Source: an uncultured Actinomycetes bacterium (GTDB taxonomy: Bacteria > Actinomycetota > Thermoleophilia > Gaiellales > Gaiellaceae). From it: DNA of 64,000 bases. Both the position numbers and the translations under genes were made by a program. The DNA is taken from positions 9,241 to 73,240 of the forward strand of contig CAWGAZ010000005.1 in the NCBI GenBank assembly GCA_963820725.1, read 5' to 3'. The notes beneath the pieces are model-generated. The model was not told where the DNA came from and searched no databases. It worked only from the letters and a program-made list of their open reading frames with translations. Shown piece after piece: positions 25,306 through 34,467 of this stretch (position 1 is its first letter; the number at the start of each line of letters is the position of its first letter).

Positions 25306-27024
25306 TCAGCCGCCGGCGCGGTCGACGACAAGGGTGGTGAACGGCTGGCCGCCTTTCGGCGTGATCGTGTAGTCGAGGCCCCAGTGGCCGACCATGACGA
25401 GCGCCGGAGCCTTGCGTGTGTAGACGCCGGGAGCGGTCTCGGCGAGCTGGTACTCCTGGCTCGGCATCTGCATGTCGAGCATCGCGAACGTGAGCGTCAC
25501 GTCCGCGCCCCTCACGGGCTTGCCGCCGCGGGTGAGCCGAAGGCCGAAGGTATCCGGCGCCGCCGCCCGGTTGGGATCGACCAGGACCTGGAGCTCGTAC
25601 GGCCCTCGGACGACGGTCTGGGCGACCTTGCCGGGGCCGACGCGCGCGATCGCCGAACCCTCCTCGGCGAACGCCGGCGGCGGCGGCGCGACACTCGACA
25701 GCACGGCCGCCGCGAGAATCGCCCCGGCCACGAGCACCGCCTCGACCGAGACGAGCGCCCGCAGCAGGCGGGCCGAAGCCTCGCTCACCTCGGGCCGCGA
25801 GAGGCCAGGCTTGTTCTTGAGGAGGTTGACCGAGGCGAGCAGCATCGCGGCCAGCAGGATCCCCGCCTTGATCAGGATCACCTTCCCGTACGTCGTGAGC
25901 CAGAGCGCGTCGAGCACAGGGAGATGGAGGACAGAAGCCCCGACGCCCGTGGCGAGCAGGACGAGGACCGAAACGAGGGCCACGTTCGAGAAACGCGGCA
26001 CGCAGACGGCGAGACCGGCCACCCGTTTCGCGGCCGGCAAGCTGGCCCAGACGACGAGCAACCCGATCAAGCCTCCGATCCAGAGCGAGCCGGAGACGAG
26101 GTGGAGCCAGTCGAGCAGGACGGCCACGCCACGCGGTGCCGTCTGTCCGGCATGGCCGACGGCGCCGGGAAGAACGGGGACAGCCGCCGCCGCCGCGAAC
26201 GCACCGCTGAGCGCGAGCAGCCCCGCGACCGAGCGGCCCTCGCGCTCGGGTCGGTCGGTCCAGATCGCGACCGTCGCAGCGAGCACGAAGAGCGCAAAGC
26301 ACAGCTCGACGTCGACGTAGCCGCGGCCGAAGGCGGTGAGCCGCCAGAGCGGCACGACGGACGTCACGCTCCAGAAGGAGTGAAGCGAGTCGATCGCGAC
26401 CGCCTGCTCGAGGTAGGCCGGAATCGCGACCAAGCCGACCGCCGCGACGACCGCAAACGCGATCGTCAACGGACGCAGACTCGTGCCGGTCACGCGACGG
26501 ACGAGCGGGCGGGCGATGGCGATCCTCAGCACGAACAGACCGATCGCGGTCATCACTGTCAGGAAGGCGAGCCACTTTGCGATCACGAGCGGCGTCGACG
26601 TCGCCGTCCCCGCGATGTGCGGGACCCTGAACTGCGGCGTCGGCCCGGCGTTCGGCCCGACGGCGAACGTGAACGCCCCCTGCACCGGATGGCCGTCGAC
26701 CGAGATCGCGCGCCAGTAGACGAGATACCAGCCCTGACCGACGTGCTTGATCGGGACGACGAGCGTGTCCGGATCGGACGGCGAGCGCGTCACCGGACCG
26801 GTCACCTCCTGGTGTGCGTCGACGTCGGTGACCGAGATGATCGCGAACCGCGGCTCGACCGCCTCGTCGTACGTGAGCTGCACGGTGCGGGGTGCAGTGT
26901 TCAGGATCACGCTCGCGGCCGGAACCGTCTTGATCAAGTAGGCGTGGGCGGACGCCGCCGCCGGCACCAGCAACGCCAGCGCGACGACGGCGACCGCAAC
27001 GGCTCCACGCCTGCGCGGTCTCAC
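25306..27024 (-). CDS. CopC-CopD fusion copper-resistance/transport protein with C-terminal YtkA/FixH-like domain (YcnJ-like)
   Basis: Signal peptide ...LLVPAAASA|HAYLIKTVPAASVIL...VSVDGHPVQGAFTFAV (CopC), then about 8 TM helices (CopD), then a soluble tail ...VRGADVTLTFAMLDMQMP...GHWGLDYTI. GTG 27024 overlaps the ycnI stop (GTGA). Confidence 0.85.
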   Translation of the reverse strand: MRPRRRGAVAVAVVALALLVPAAASAHAYLIKTVPAASVILNTAPRTVQLTYDEAVEPRFAIISVTDVDAHQEVTGPVTRSPSDPDTLVVPIKHVGQGWYLVYWRAISVDGHPVQGAFTFAVGPNAGPTPQFRVPHIAGTATSTPLVIAKWLAFLTVMTAIGLFVLRIAIARPLVRRVTGTSLRPLTIAFAVVAAVGLVAIPAYLEQAVAIDSLHSFWSVTSVVPLWRLTAFGRGYVDVELCFALFVLAATVAIWTDRPEREGRSVAGLLALSGAFAAAAAVPVLPGAVGHAGQTAPRGVAVLLDWLHLVSGSLWIGGLIGLLVVWASLPAAKRVAGLAVCVPRFSNVALVSVLVLLATGVGASVLHLPVLDALWLTTYGKVILIKAGILLAAMLLASVNLLKNKPGLSRPEVSEASARLLRALVSVEAVLVAGAILAAAVLSSVAPPPPAFAEEGSAIARVGPGKVAQTVVRGPYELQVLVDPNRAAAPDTFGLRLTRGGKPVRGADVTLTFAMLDMQMPSQEYQLAETAPGVYTRKAPALVMVGHWGLDYTITPKGGQPFTTLVVDRAGG

Positions 27025-27605
27025 GTGAGCGAACGGCCCCCACGCGAGAACAGCGCGATGCCTCCGACAAGGAGGCCGAGCCCGCCGAGGATGAGGGCGA
27101 CGATCGTCAGCGTCGACGTGCCGCCGCCCGAGACGGAACTCACGACGTCGATCGTCGGCGCCGGCGCGGCCGACGACTCCGGACCCGACCAGTCCACGAT
27201 CGACCCGTCCGAGTAGGTCTGCTGCACGTGGAACGTGTACGTCCCCGCCGCGGACGGCTGGGCGAGGAACTGGAACAGCGAGTCGTCCTCCGTCGGAACA
27301 TGGCCGCCGGACCACGTGACCTGCGTGACGACCGCGTTCTCCCCGGACCCGGTGGATTGCTCCGCGCGCTTCCAGCCGGGGCTCGGCACGAACGAGTCGA
27401 TCGAGAACCCTTTCGGCAGGGTTAGGACGATCTTCGTCGTGAACGCGTTCGCCTTCTCCGTCGGAATCGCGAGGCTGTAGAGCTGCAGCTCGTCGGCCAG
27501 CGACACCGACGGGCTCATGCGGGCATGCGCGGACGCGCTCGCAACGACAACCATCCCGACCGCGACCGCGCCCATGAGCACCGCCAAGCGGCTCGTACGC
27601 TTCAT
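27021..27605 (-). CDS. ycnI: YcnI-family (DUF1775) copper-binding protein with C-terminal TM anchor
   Basis: MKRTSRLAVLMGAVAVGMVVVASASA|HARMSP...YSLAIPTEK...VTWSGG...FLAQPSAAGTYTFHVQQTYSDGSIVDW... Confidence 0.85.
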   Translation of the reverse strand: MKRTSRLAVLMGAVAVGMVVVASASAHARMSPSVSLADELQLYSLAIPTEKANAFTTKIVLTLPKGFSIDSFVPSPGWKRAEQSTGSGENAVVTQVTWSGGHVPTEDDSLFQFLAQPSAAGTYTFHVQQTYSDGSIVDWSGPESSAAPAPTIDVVSSVSGGGTSTLTIVALILGGLGLLVGGIALFSRGGRSLT

Positions 27606-27653
27606 TCCTCTCTCCTTCCTCGACAGGGCCCGCCGCCCACCGGCGGCGGCTCG

Positions 27654-28244
27654 TCAGCCGGCGAGAAGAGGAGGTCCGCGCCGTCCCAGCCGGCGCGAGA
27701 GCAGCGAGGAGAGGGGCGGCAGCGGCTGCGCCGCCGGGATGAGCAACGGGCAGAGCGCCGGACCCAACCGTGGCGGACGAACGCGAGCAAGGCGGCGCCC
27801 GAGGCGCCTCGCCGTGCGCAGCAGGACCCGCACCACGACGAACGCAAGCGCACCGAACGGCAGCTGAAGCGCGATCCCGATCAGAAACGTCGGCTCGAGC
27901 GCTGCAGCCCACGGGAAAGAGCCCCAGGCGAGCCAGCGCTCGATGTACTCCTGAAGGCCGAACCCGACGACCGGCAAGAGCGCGAACGCCCACGGCGGAA
28001 GGGAACGAACACCACGCCCGCGGGCCGCATCGACGAGGCTCGCCGCCAGCGAGAGTACGACTACTGCTCCGGCGACACCGAGAGCCAGCGGCAGCGCGCT
28101 CAGGTAGCCGTGACCGGTCTCGACGAGGTCGTGCAGCCGGACGCCGGCCTGCGGATAGACGATCCGGTAGGCAAGCATGTGCGCGACCTGTGATCCCGCG
28201 AGCATCAGCGGGACGGCTACGAGCCACGCAAGGCCTCGGCGCAT
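27654..28244 (-). CDS. integral membrane protein, function unknown (first gene of the ycnI-copCD operon)
   Basis: 196-aa ORF with 4 hydrophobic spans (LAWLVAVPLMLAGSQVAHML, ALPLALGVAGAVVVLSLAASL, WAFALLPVVGFGLQ, FLIGIALQLPFGALAFVVVRVLL). Same strand, 48 nt upstream of ycnI. Confidence 0.55.
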   Translation of the reverse strand: MRRGLAWLVAVPLMLAGSQVAHMLAYRIVYPQAGVRLHDLVETGHGYLSALPLALGVAGAVVVLSLAASLVDAARGRGVRSLPPWAFALLPVVGFGLQEYIERWLAWGSFPWAAALEPTFLIGIALQLPFGALAFVVVRVLLRTARRLGRRLARVRPPRLGPALCPLLIPAAQPLPPLSSLLSRRLGRRGPPLLAG

Positions 28245-28313
28245 ACGCCGGATCCTGCCACAGCGCCGCCCATCGACCTCGGACAGGGGCCGGGTGGGCG
28301 GGCCCGCCGGGCC

Positions 28314-29093
28314 CTACATGCCCATCGCGTGATAGCCGCTGTCGACGTACAGCGTCGTGCCGGTCACGTTGCCCGCGCCGTCGCCGAGCAGGAAGGCTCC
28401 CGCCGAGCCGACGTCGTCCGCCGTCACGTGGCGATGAAGCGGCGAGCGCTCCTCGACGATGTCCTCCATCGTCGTGAAGCCGGCGATCGAGCGGGCCGCG
28501 AGCGTCCGCACCGGGCCGGCCGAGACCGCGTTCACGCGGATGTTCTTCTGGCCGAGATCCCAGGCGAGGTACCGGACGCAGGCGTCGAGCGTCGCCTTGG
28601 CCACGCCCATCACGTTGTAGTGGGGCACCGCGCGCTCGCCGCCGAGGTAGGTCATCGTCAGGATCGAGCCGCCGCCCGCCTTCTCCATGAGCGGCTCGGC
28701 CGCACGCGCGCAGGCGACGAGCGAGTAGGCGCTCACATCGACCGCGAGCCAGAAACGGTCACGGGGCGTGTCGGTGAACCGGCCTTCGAGGTCCTCAGCA
28801 GCCGCGAACGCGACGGAATGGACGAGCAGGTCGAGCTCGCCGCCGAACGCCTCCCCCACCTCGCCGAAGACCCGTGCCACTTCTCCGTCGGAGCGGACGT
28901 CGCATTCCGTGACGAGCGGAGCGTCGACCGAGGCAGCCAGCTCCCGCACCGTCGACTCGATCCGCTCGCCCTGGTACGTGAAGGCGAGGCTCGCTCCGCC
29001 CGCTGCGAGCTCGCGCGCGATCGCCCAGGCGATCGAGCGCTTGTTGGCGACGCCGAGCACGAGCCCGCGCTTGCCCTCGAAGGGTCCGGCCAT
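28314..29093 (-). CDS. fabI: enoyl-[acyl-carrier-protein] reductase (NADH)
   Basis: [34 protein letters not shown]...VHSVAFA...[32 protein letters not shown]...[15 protein letters not shown]. Start at internal ATG 29093 of ORF-track 28314..29231. Confidence 0.9.
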   Translation of the reverse strand: MAGPFEGKRGLVLGVANKRSIAWAIARELAAGGASLAFTYQGERIESTVRELAASVDAPLVTECDVRSDGEVARVFGEVGEAFGGELDLLVHSVAFAAAEDLEGRFTDTPRDRFWLAVDVSAYSLVACARAAEPLMEKAGGGSILTMTYLGGERAVPHYNVMGVAKATLDACVRYLAWDLGQKNIRVNAVSAGPVRTLAARSIAGFTTMEDIVEERSPLHRHVTADDVGSAGAFLLGDGAGNVTGTTLYVDSGYHAMGM

Positions 29094-29124
29094 AGGCAGC
29101 GATCCTAGAGATAGCCTGCGCGTC

Positions 29125-29875
29125 GTGGGCCGGGTCGCGGTGGTCACGGGCGCCTCCTCGGGCATCGGCGCCGAGATCGCCCGCCTGCTCGCGGCCCGCG
29201 GCGATCTCTGCATCCTGCTCGCCCGCCGCACCGATCGCCTGCGGGCGCTTGCGGAGGAGCTCGGCGGCGAGGCCGAGACCTGCGACGTCTCGGACCGCGC
29301 GACCGTCGAGGACGTCGCCGCGACGCGTTCTCGAGCGGCATCCGGCGATCGACGTGCTCGTGAACAACGCCGGCATCCCCGGCAGAACGCGCTTCCTGGA
29401 CGGCGACCCGGAGAAGATCGAGCGGCTGATCCGGATCAACTACCTCGGATCCGTCTGGTGTCTCCGCGCCTTCCTGCCCGGCCTGCGCGCTGCGGCGCCG
29501 TCGGACGTCGTCAACATCGTCTCGGTCTCGGGAGTGGTGACCGGGCCGCCGAGCGGCCCCTACTCCGCCTCGAAGCACGCCCAGCTCGCCTTCTCGCGCT
29601 CGGTCGCGGCCGAGCTACGCGGAGAGGGGATCCGGGTGCACACGGTGAAGCCGGGCTTCACCGAGACCGAGGGCTTTCCGCAGTCCTGGCTCCCGCGGCG
29701 CGTCCAACCCGTGGTGCTCGGGCCTGAGGAGGTGGCGGCGCACGTCCTCCGTTCACTCGAGAAGAACCGCGGCGAGACGACCGTGCCCTGGTACTTCGGG
29801 CCGGCCGCGCCGCTGCAGGACGCGATGCCGAACCTCTTCACCCGCGTCCTTTCGCGCCTGTCGAAAGCTCCCTAG
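29125..29875 (+). pseudogene. short-chain dehydrogenase/reductase interrupted by a 1-nt insertion near 29323 (pseudogene or sequencing error)
   Basis: [26 protein letters not shown]...[14 protein letters not shown] lies in the frame of ORF 28768..29727. (R)[16 protein letters not shown]...[11 protein letters not shown]...VKPGF lies in the frame of ORF 29249..29875. Confidence 0.7.
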
Positions 29876-29878
29876 AAT
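29873..29878 (+). promoter_or_regulatory. -10 box TAGAAT 6 nt upstream of the marR ATG (leaderless geometry)
   Basis: ccTAGAATcgcgacATG. The box overlaps the SDR stop codon TAG. Confidence 0.4.
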
Positions 29879-29884
29879 CGCGAC

Positions 29885-30307
29885 ATGGTCGAACACGTTC
29901 AGCCGACGATCCAGGACGTGATCGCCGTGGCCGAGTTCCGCTCGGCTCTGCGGCACTTCCTGCGACGAAGCGAGAAAATCGCCCGCCAGTCGGGGCTCAC
30001 GCCGCAGCGCTACACGCTCCTGATGATGATCAAGGGCGCACCCGACGGTGGCGAGCAGTCGACCGTGACGGAGCTGGCCGACCGGATGCAGCTCGCGCAG
30101 AGCACCGTGACCGAGCTCGTGCGCCGCGCCGAGACCGCGGGACTCGTCGATCGTGAGCAGTCGCAGAGGGACGCGCGTGTCGCGCATCTGCGTCTGACGC
30201 CGGAAGGGGAGCGGCGTCTGATGCTCTCGTTCACGGAGCTCGAGACCGAGCGTGCGCAGCTGCGCGAGGCTTTCGCCAACCTCGACGGCGGCGTCACCGG
30301 ACACTAG
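29885..30307 (+). CDS. MarR-family transcriptional regulator
   Basis: ...GLTPQRYTLLMMIKGAPDGGEQSTVTELADRMQLAQSTVTELVRRAETAGLVDREQSQRDARVAHLRLTPEGERRL is a winged-HTH MarR pattern. Confidence 0.85.
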   Translation: MVEHVQPTIQDVIAVAEFRSALRHFLRRSEKIARQSGLTPQRYTLLMMIKGAPDGGEQSTVTELADRMQLAQSTVTELVRRAETAGLVDREQSQRDARVAHLRLTPEGERRLMLSFTELETERAQLREAFANLDGGVTGH

Positions 30308-31014
30308 CCCCGCGCGAGGAGGTACCAGCCGACACGCGCGGAGGCGAGGCGTGGGTCGGCGGCAGCGAGTGCTTCCGCGCGGGCGCGACGGTCTCCTTCG
30401 CAACCGGCGAGGTCGAGATAGGCGGCGAGCTCGCGCCGCTCGGCTTCGCGGCGCTCCCGGACGAGCGAGAGCCCGTTCGACGCGAAGTGCTCCCGCAGCT
30501 CGGTGTCCGTAAGGAGACCCTCGTGCGCCGGATCTCGCGCGGTCTCGAATGCGTGGAGCGCGGCGGCTTCCCGTCGGTCGTCGGGTGCGAGCTGGTCGAC
30601 GACGAGCACGTGGCCGCCCGGCCGCGTCACACGTGCCAGCTCGGCGACGACCAGATCGGGCCGTGCGACGTGATGGAGCGTGCGGTTCGTGCCCGCAAGG
30701 TCGAATGCCCCGTCGGGAAACGGCAGCGCCGTCCCGTCTCCCTCGACGAACTCGGTGTTCGGCAGCGCACGCTTTCGCGCGAGCTCGAGCAGTTCCGGCA
30801 CCGGGTCGAGCCCGAGGACCTCCCGCACGAGCGGTGCGAGCGCGAGCGCCAGCGCTCCCGCTCCGGTGCCGACGTCGAGGGCCCGCTCGTCGCCGCGCGG
30901 CCGGACGAAGTCGCGAACTTCCTGCGCGAGCTGCGCCGCACGGCGATCCTGCCGGGCCGCGACGCGCTCGGCCGTACGCGCGAAGCGGTCAGTCGACAAC
31001 GACTCGTCGCGCAC
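30304..31014 (-). CDS. class I SAM-dependent methyltransferase
   Basis: ALDVGTGAGALALALAP (motif I) ...GDGTALPFPDGAFDLAGTNRTLHHV...RVTRPGGHVLVVD. The start may lie downstream because ATG 31014 overlaps the alr 3' end by 26 nt. Confidence 0.8.
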   Translation of the reverse strand: MRDESLSTDRFARTAERVAARQDRRAAQLAQEVRDFVRPRGDERALDVGTGAGALALALAPLVREVLGLDPVPELLELARKRALPNTEFVEGDGTALPFPDGAFDLAGTNRTLHHVARPDLVVAELARVTRPGGHVLVVDQLAPDDRREAAALHAFETARDPAHEGLLTDTELREHFASNGLSLVRERREAERRELAAYLDLAGCEGDRRARAEALAAADPRLASARVGWYLLARG

Positions 31015-32002
31015 GGGCCGGATCCGAGTTGATCCCGCAGGCGATCTCGTAGCCGATCGTCCCGGCGACCTGCGCGTGGCGCTCGATCAGCCGGCCGTCG
31101 CCGACGATGGTAACCGGCGTCCCGACCGGCAGCTCCCGGTCGAGCTCGACGGCGACCGCGTCCATCGAGACCGTGCCGACCGCCCTCCGCGGCTCGCCGT
31201 CGACGAGCACCTCCGTGCCGGTCATGTCTCGACGGAAGCCGTCCGCGTAGCCCACCGGGACGATCCCGATCCACGTCGGCCGCTCGGCGACGAACCGTCG
31301 TCCGTAGCCGGTGCTCTCGCCGGGCTGCAGGAGGAAGACCCGCGCGAGTCGGCTCCGCCACGACAGCGCCGGCCGCAGATCGTGCTCGGCCGGGTCCGTG
31401 TTGAACGGCGAGATCCCGTACAGCGCGATCCCGCAGCGGGCGGCGTCGAAGCGAGCCTCCGGCAGCCCGAGCGCGGCCGCGCTGTTCGCGATGTGACGCG
31501 TCAGGTGCGGATAGGGCTCGGTGGCCTCGCGGAAGCGCTCGATCTGCTGCCGCGCAAACGCAGGGTCGGTGTCGGCGGTCGCGAGATGGCTCATCAGTCC
31601 CACCACGTTGGCCGCCGGCTGTGGCAGCTCGGCGAGCCCCCAGCGACCCATCCCGGTGTCGAGCTTCAGATGGATCGGGGTGGCGTCGGGGAGCTCGCCG
31701 CTGACGGAGACGACGAGCTCGAGCCGCGCCTCGCGCGCCTCGGCGAGCTCTTCCGTCGGGCACATCGCGATGATCCGCGCCTCCGGGAACGCCCGGCGCA
31801 GCTCGACTCCTTCGGCAACGGTCACCACGCAGAGGGCCGACGCGCCGGCCTCGAGCGCCGCTCCGGCGACGTCGCGCGCGCCGTGGCCGTAGCCGTTCGC
31901 CTTCACGACGGCCCAGAGCTCGGCTCCGTCGAGCGTCTCGAGGAGCCGCCGCGCGTTGTGGCGAACCGCGCCGAGGTCGATCGTGATCTCGCTCCGGTGC
32001 AT
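30989..32002 (-). CDS. alr: alanine racemase
   Basis: ...ELWAVVKANGYGHGA (PLP-Lys motif)...HLKLDTGMGRWG...SHLATAD...ANSAA...GIALYGISP...GYGRRF...VPVGYADG...VSMD... Confidence 0.9.
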   Translation of the reverse strand: MHRSEITIDLGAVRHNARRLLETLDGAELWAVVKANGYGHGARDVAGAALEAGASALCVVTVAEGVELRRAFPEARIIAMCPTEELAEAREARLELVVSVSGELPDATPIHLKLDTGMGRWGLAELPQPAANVVGLMSHLATADTDPAFARQQIERFREATEPYPHLTRHIANSAAALGLPEARFDAARCGIALYGISPFNTDPAEHDLRPALSWRSRLARVFLLQPGESTGYGRRFVAERPTWIGIVPVGYADGFRRDMTGTEVLVDGEPRRAVGTVSMDAVAVELDRELPVGTPVTIVGDGRLIERHAQVAGTIGYEIACGINSDPARARRVVVD

Positions 32003-32006
32003 GCAC

Positions 32007-33330
32007 CTAGTCTCGCGCGAGGACCCGGGGGAGTGCCTCGATCAGGTCGCTCGCAACGAGGCCAGAGCGCTGCGGGGCTTCGCGCGCAGCGAGCTGCTGC
32101 ACGGCACACGCCGCGGCGGCCGCCGTCTGCGGCTCCATCCCCTTGGCGAGGAAGGCGGCCGTGATGCCGGTGAGCACGTCGCCCGTTCCCGCCGTCGCGA
32201 GCGACGGGAGGCCGAGCGCGCAGACCAGTACACCGCGGCCGGGCGCCGCGACGAGGGAGTCCTCACCCTTGAGCACGACGACGGAGCCGAAGCGTTCCGC
32301 GGCGTCCCGCACCGACGCGAGCCGATGCGCGGCGATCTTCTTCGAGTCGCGGTCGAGAAGGCGCGCCAGCTCGCCCTCGTGCGGGGTCAGCACGCGCGGC
32401 GCCGGCCACTCGCCGGGCTCGAGCTCGAAAAGCGCGTCGGCGTCGACGACCGCGGGCAGCTCGACCTCGGCCAGGAGGCGGCGGACGAGCGCCTTCGCCT
32501 CCTCCTCCCGACCGAGGCCGGGACCGACCGCGAGCGCCCTGGCCTTCGCCGCTGCGGCGAACGCCTGCTCGAGCGGCCGCTTCACCGCCTCCAGCACGAG
32601 CGTCTCGAGAACGGGTAACGCCTCGGCCGGAGCGGCGATCGTGACGTAGCCGGCGTCGGCGCGAAGGGCTGCGCGGGCGGCGAGTGCCGGCGCGCCGGTC
32701 ATGCCGCGCGAGCCACCGACGACGAGGACGTGGCCCGCCGTGTACTTGTTGTCGCCCGGAGAGCGGCGCGGCACCTCGGCGAGGATCTCCGGCGTGACGA
32801 GCCGGTGCTCGGTCTCCGCCGGCGCGAGGCCGATGTCCGCGACCGCGACCTCGCCCGCGTGGAAGCGTCCGGGCGCGACCGCGAGACCGACCTTCGGGCC
32901 ATGCATCGTCACGGTGACGTCGGCTTGCACCGCCGCGCCCGCGACCTCACCGGTGGACGCGTTCACGCCCGACGGGATGTCGACCGCGACGACCGGAACG
33001 CCCCGCCGCGTTGATCTGCTCGATGACGTGCGCGGTCTCGTCGCGCGGCGCGCCGTTCAGCCCGGTGCCGAGGAGCGCGTCGATCACGACGTCGGGTTTC
33101 TCCTCGACGAGCTCGCGCCCCTGCGTGCCCAGGATCTCGGCGGCGATCCGCCCGTCTCCACCGTTTGCGCCGCCGCCGGCGTGAAGCGCGAATCGCCGGG
33201 CGTCGGGGAACCGGCGCATCAGCTCCTCCGCCACAGCGGCTCCCGCGCGCTGCATCATCGCCTCGACGTCGTGACCCGCCTCGGCCGCGCGCATCTCGTC
33301 CGCTGTGTAGAGCGGCTCGAGCTCAGCCAT
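32007..33330 (-). pseudogene. nnr: bifunctional NAD(P)H-hydrate epimerase/dehydratase interrupted by a 1-nt insertion near 32997-32998 (pseudogene or sequencing error)
   Basis: YjeF_N part (ORF 32947..33330: ...GGGANGGDG...VIDALLGTGL...IEQINAAGR) and the continuation (P)VVAVDIPSGVNASTGEV... plus the carbohydrate-kinase part (ORF 32007..32966: ...KYTAGHVLVVGGS.GMTGA...GTGDVLTG) are in frames offset by one. Confidence 0.8.
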
Positions 33331-33691
33331 CGGACGCGACCGCGACCGCCTGCGCGAGCTCGCGCGAGTGCGTCATCGAGAGGTCGACGGAAGCGATTCC
33401 CAGTGCGGCGGCCCGCTCGGCAAGGCGGCCGGAGAGCCGCACCGCCGGCTTCGGACGCCCGACGATCTCGATCTCCCGCCACGCGAAGGCGCGCGCTACG
33501 CCGAAGCCGAGCGCCTTGCCGACGGCCTCCTTGCCGGCGAAGCGGCCGGCATAGCTCTGGGCCGGATTCGCGCGCGAGTCGCAGTAGGCGCGCTCAGCCT
33601 CGGTGAAGCAGCGCTCCCGGAACCGCACGTAGCGCGTGAGCGCGTTCCGAATCCGCTCGATCTCGATCAGGTCGGTGCCGACGCTGATCAC
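33323..33691 (-). CDS. acpS: holo-[acyl-carrier-protein] synthase
   Basis: VISVGTDLIEIERIR...FTEAERAYC......YAGRFAGKEAVGKALG...WREIEIV....KP...LSMTHSRELAQAVAV. GTG 33691 overlaps the HAD stop (GTGA). Confidence 0.85.
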   Translation of the reverse strand: MISVGTDLIEIERIRNALTRYVRFRERCFTEAERAYCDSRANPAQSYAGRFAGKEAVGKALGFGVARAFAWREIEIVGRPKPAVRLSGRLAERAAALGIASVDLSMTHSRELAQAVAVASDG

Positions 33692-34467
33692 GCGATGTGC
33701 TCCTCCAACCACTCCGGCAGGTGCGCGATCGAGGAGACGATCCCGTCCGGCTTGATCCGGGACGCTTCGACGGTGTCCGGCCGGAACTTGCCCGTCCGCA
33801 CGAGCACGGCGCGCATCCCCACGCCGCGCGCCCCGACCACGTCGGTCTCGAGATCGTCGCCGACCATCCAGGCCATCGACGGCTCGGCGTCGAGCGCGTG
33901 GCAGGCGGCGTCGAAGTACGCGGCGCTCGGCTTGCCGAGCACGTTCGCCGTGGTCTGTGCCGCGTACTCGAGCCCGGCGACGTAGCAGCCGGAGTCGAGC
34001 AGCGGGCCGCGCGCCGTCTGCCACCAGCGGTTGCGGTGCAGGCAGTAGAGCTCGGCGCCCATCTCGAGCTCGGCGAAGGCGCGCGCAAGATTCATGTACG
34101 AAAAGACGAGGTTCGTCTCGGGCGAGTCGTCCGCACCGCCGATCAGGACGGCGTCGACGTTGTCGCCGACGAGCTCGATCCCTTCGAGGTCGCCGACGAG
34201 CGCATGCATGACGAGCGCGAGGACGCGCCGCCCGCGCAACGCCTCGACAGCCGCGTCCGCAGTCGTCTGCACCTCGCCCACCTCGAGCTCGATCCCCATC
34301 GCCTGCAGGCCCGCGGCGAGGTCGGCCTTCGAGCGAGTCGTCGTGTTGGTGACGAAGCGGAGCCGGTGACCGCCGTCGCGGAGGCGCCGCACTGCGGCGG
34401 CCGCACCCGGCAGCGGCTGGCCGGAGACGTGCAGGACGCCGTCCACGTCGAGCAGAATCGCGGCCAT
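33688..34467 (-). CDS. HAD-superfamily hydrolase, subfamily IIA (NagD-like)
   Basis: MAAILLDVDGVLH (motif I DxDG)...RFVTNTTT (motif II)...GKP...MVGDDLETDV (motif IV). Start at internal ATG 34467 of ORF-track 33688..34797. Confidence 0.85.
   Translation of the reverse strand: MAAILLDVDGVLHVSGQPLPGAAAAVRRLRDGGHRLRFVTNTTTRSKADLAAGLQAMGIELEVGEVQTTADAAVEALRGRRVLALVMHALVGDLEGIELVGDNVDAVLIGGADDSPETNLVFSYMNLARAFAELEMGAELYCLHRNRWWQTARGPLLDSGCYVAGLEYAAQTTANVLGKPSAAYFDAACHALDAEPSMAWMVGDDLETDVVGARGVGMRAVLVRTGKFRPDTVEASRIKPDGIVSSIAHLPEWLEEHIA

Noticed and set aside
24401-28227. Very long minus-strand ORFs 24401..27070 (889 aa) and 25306..28227 (973 aa) taken as single proteins
   Set aside because: Each is a real gene (the lipoprotein, copCD) preceded by an Arg-rich read-through of the upstream gene in another frame. 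Internal starts with a Shine-Dalgarno or GTGA coupling and signal peptides define the true 5' ends.
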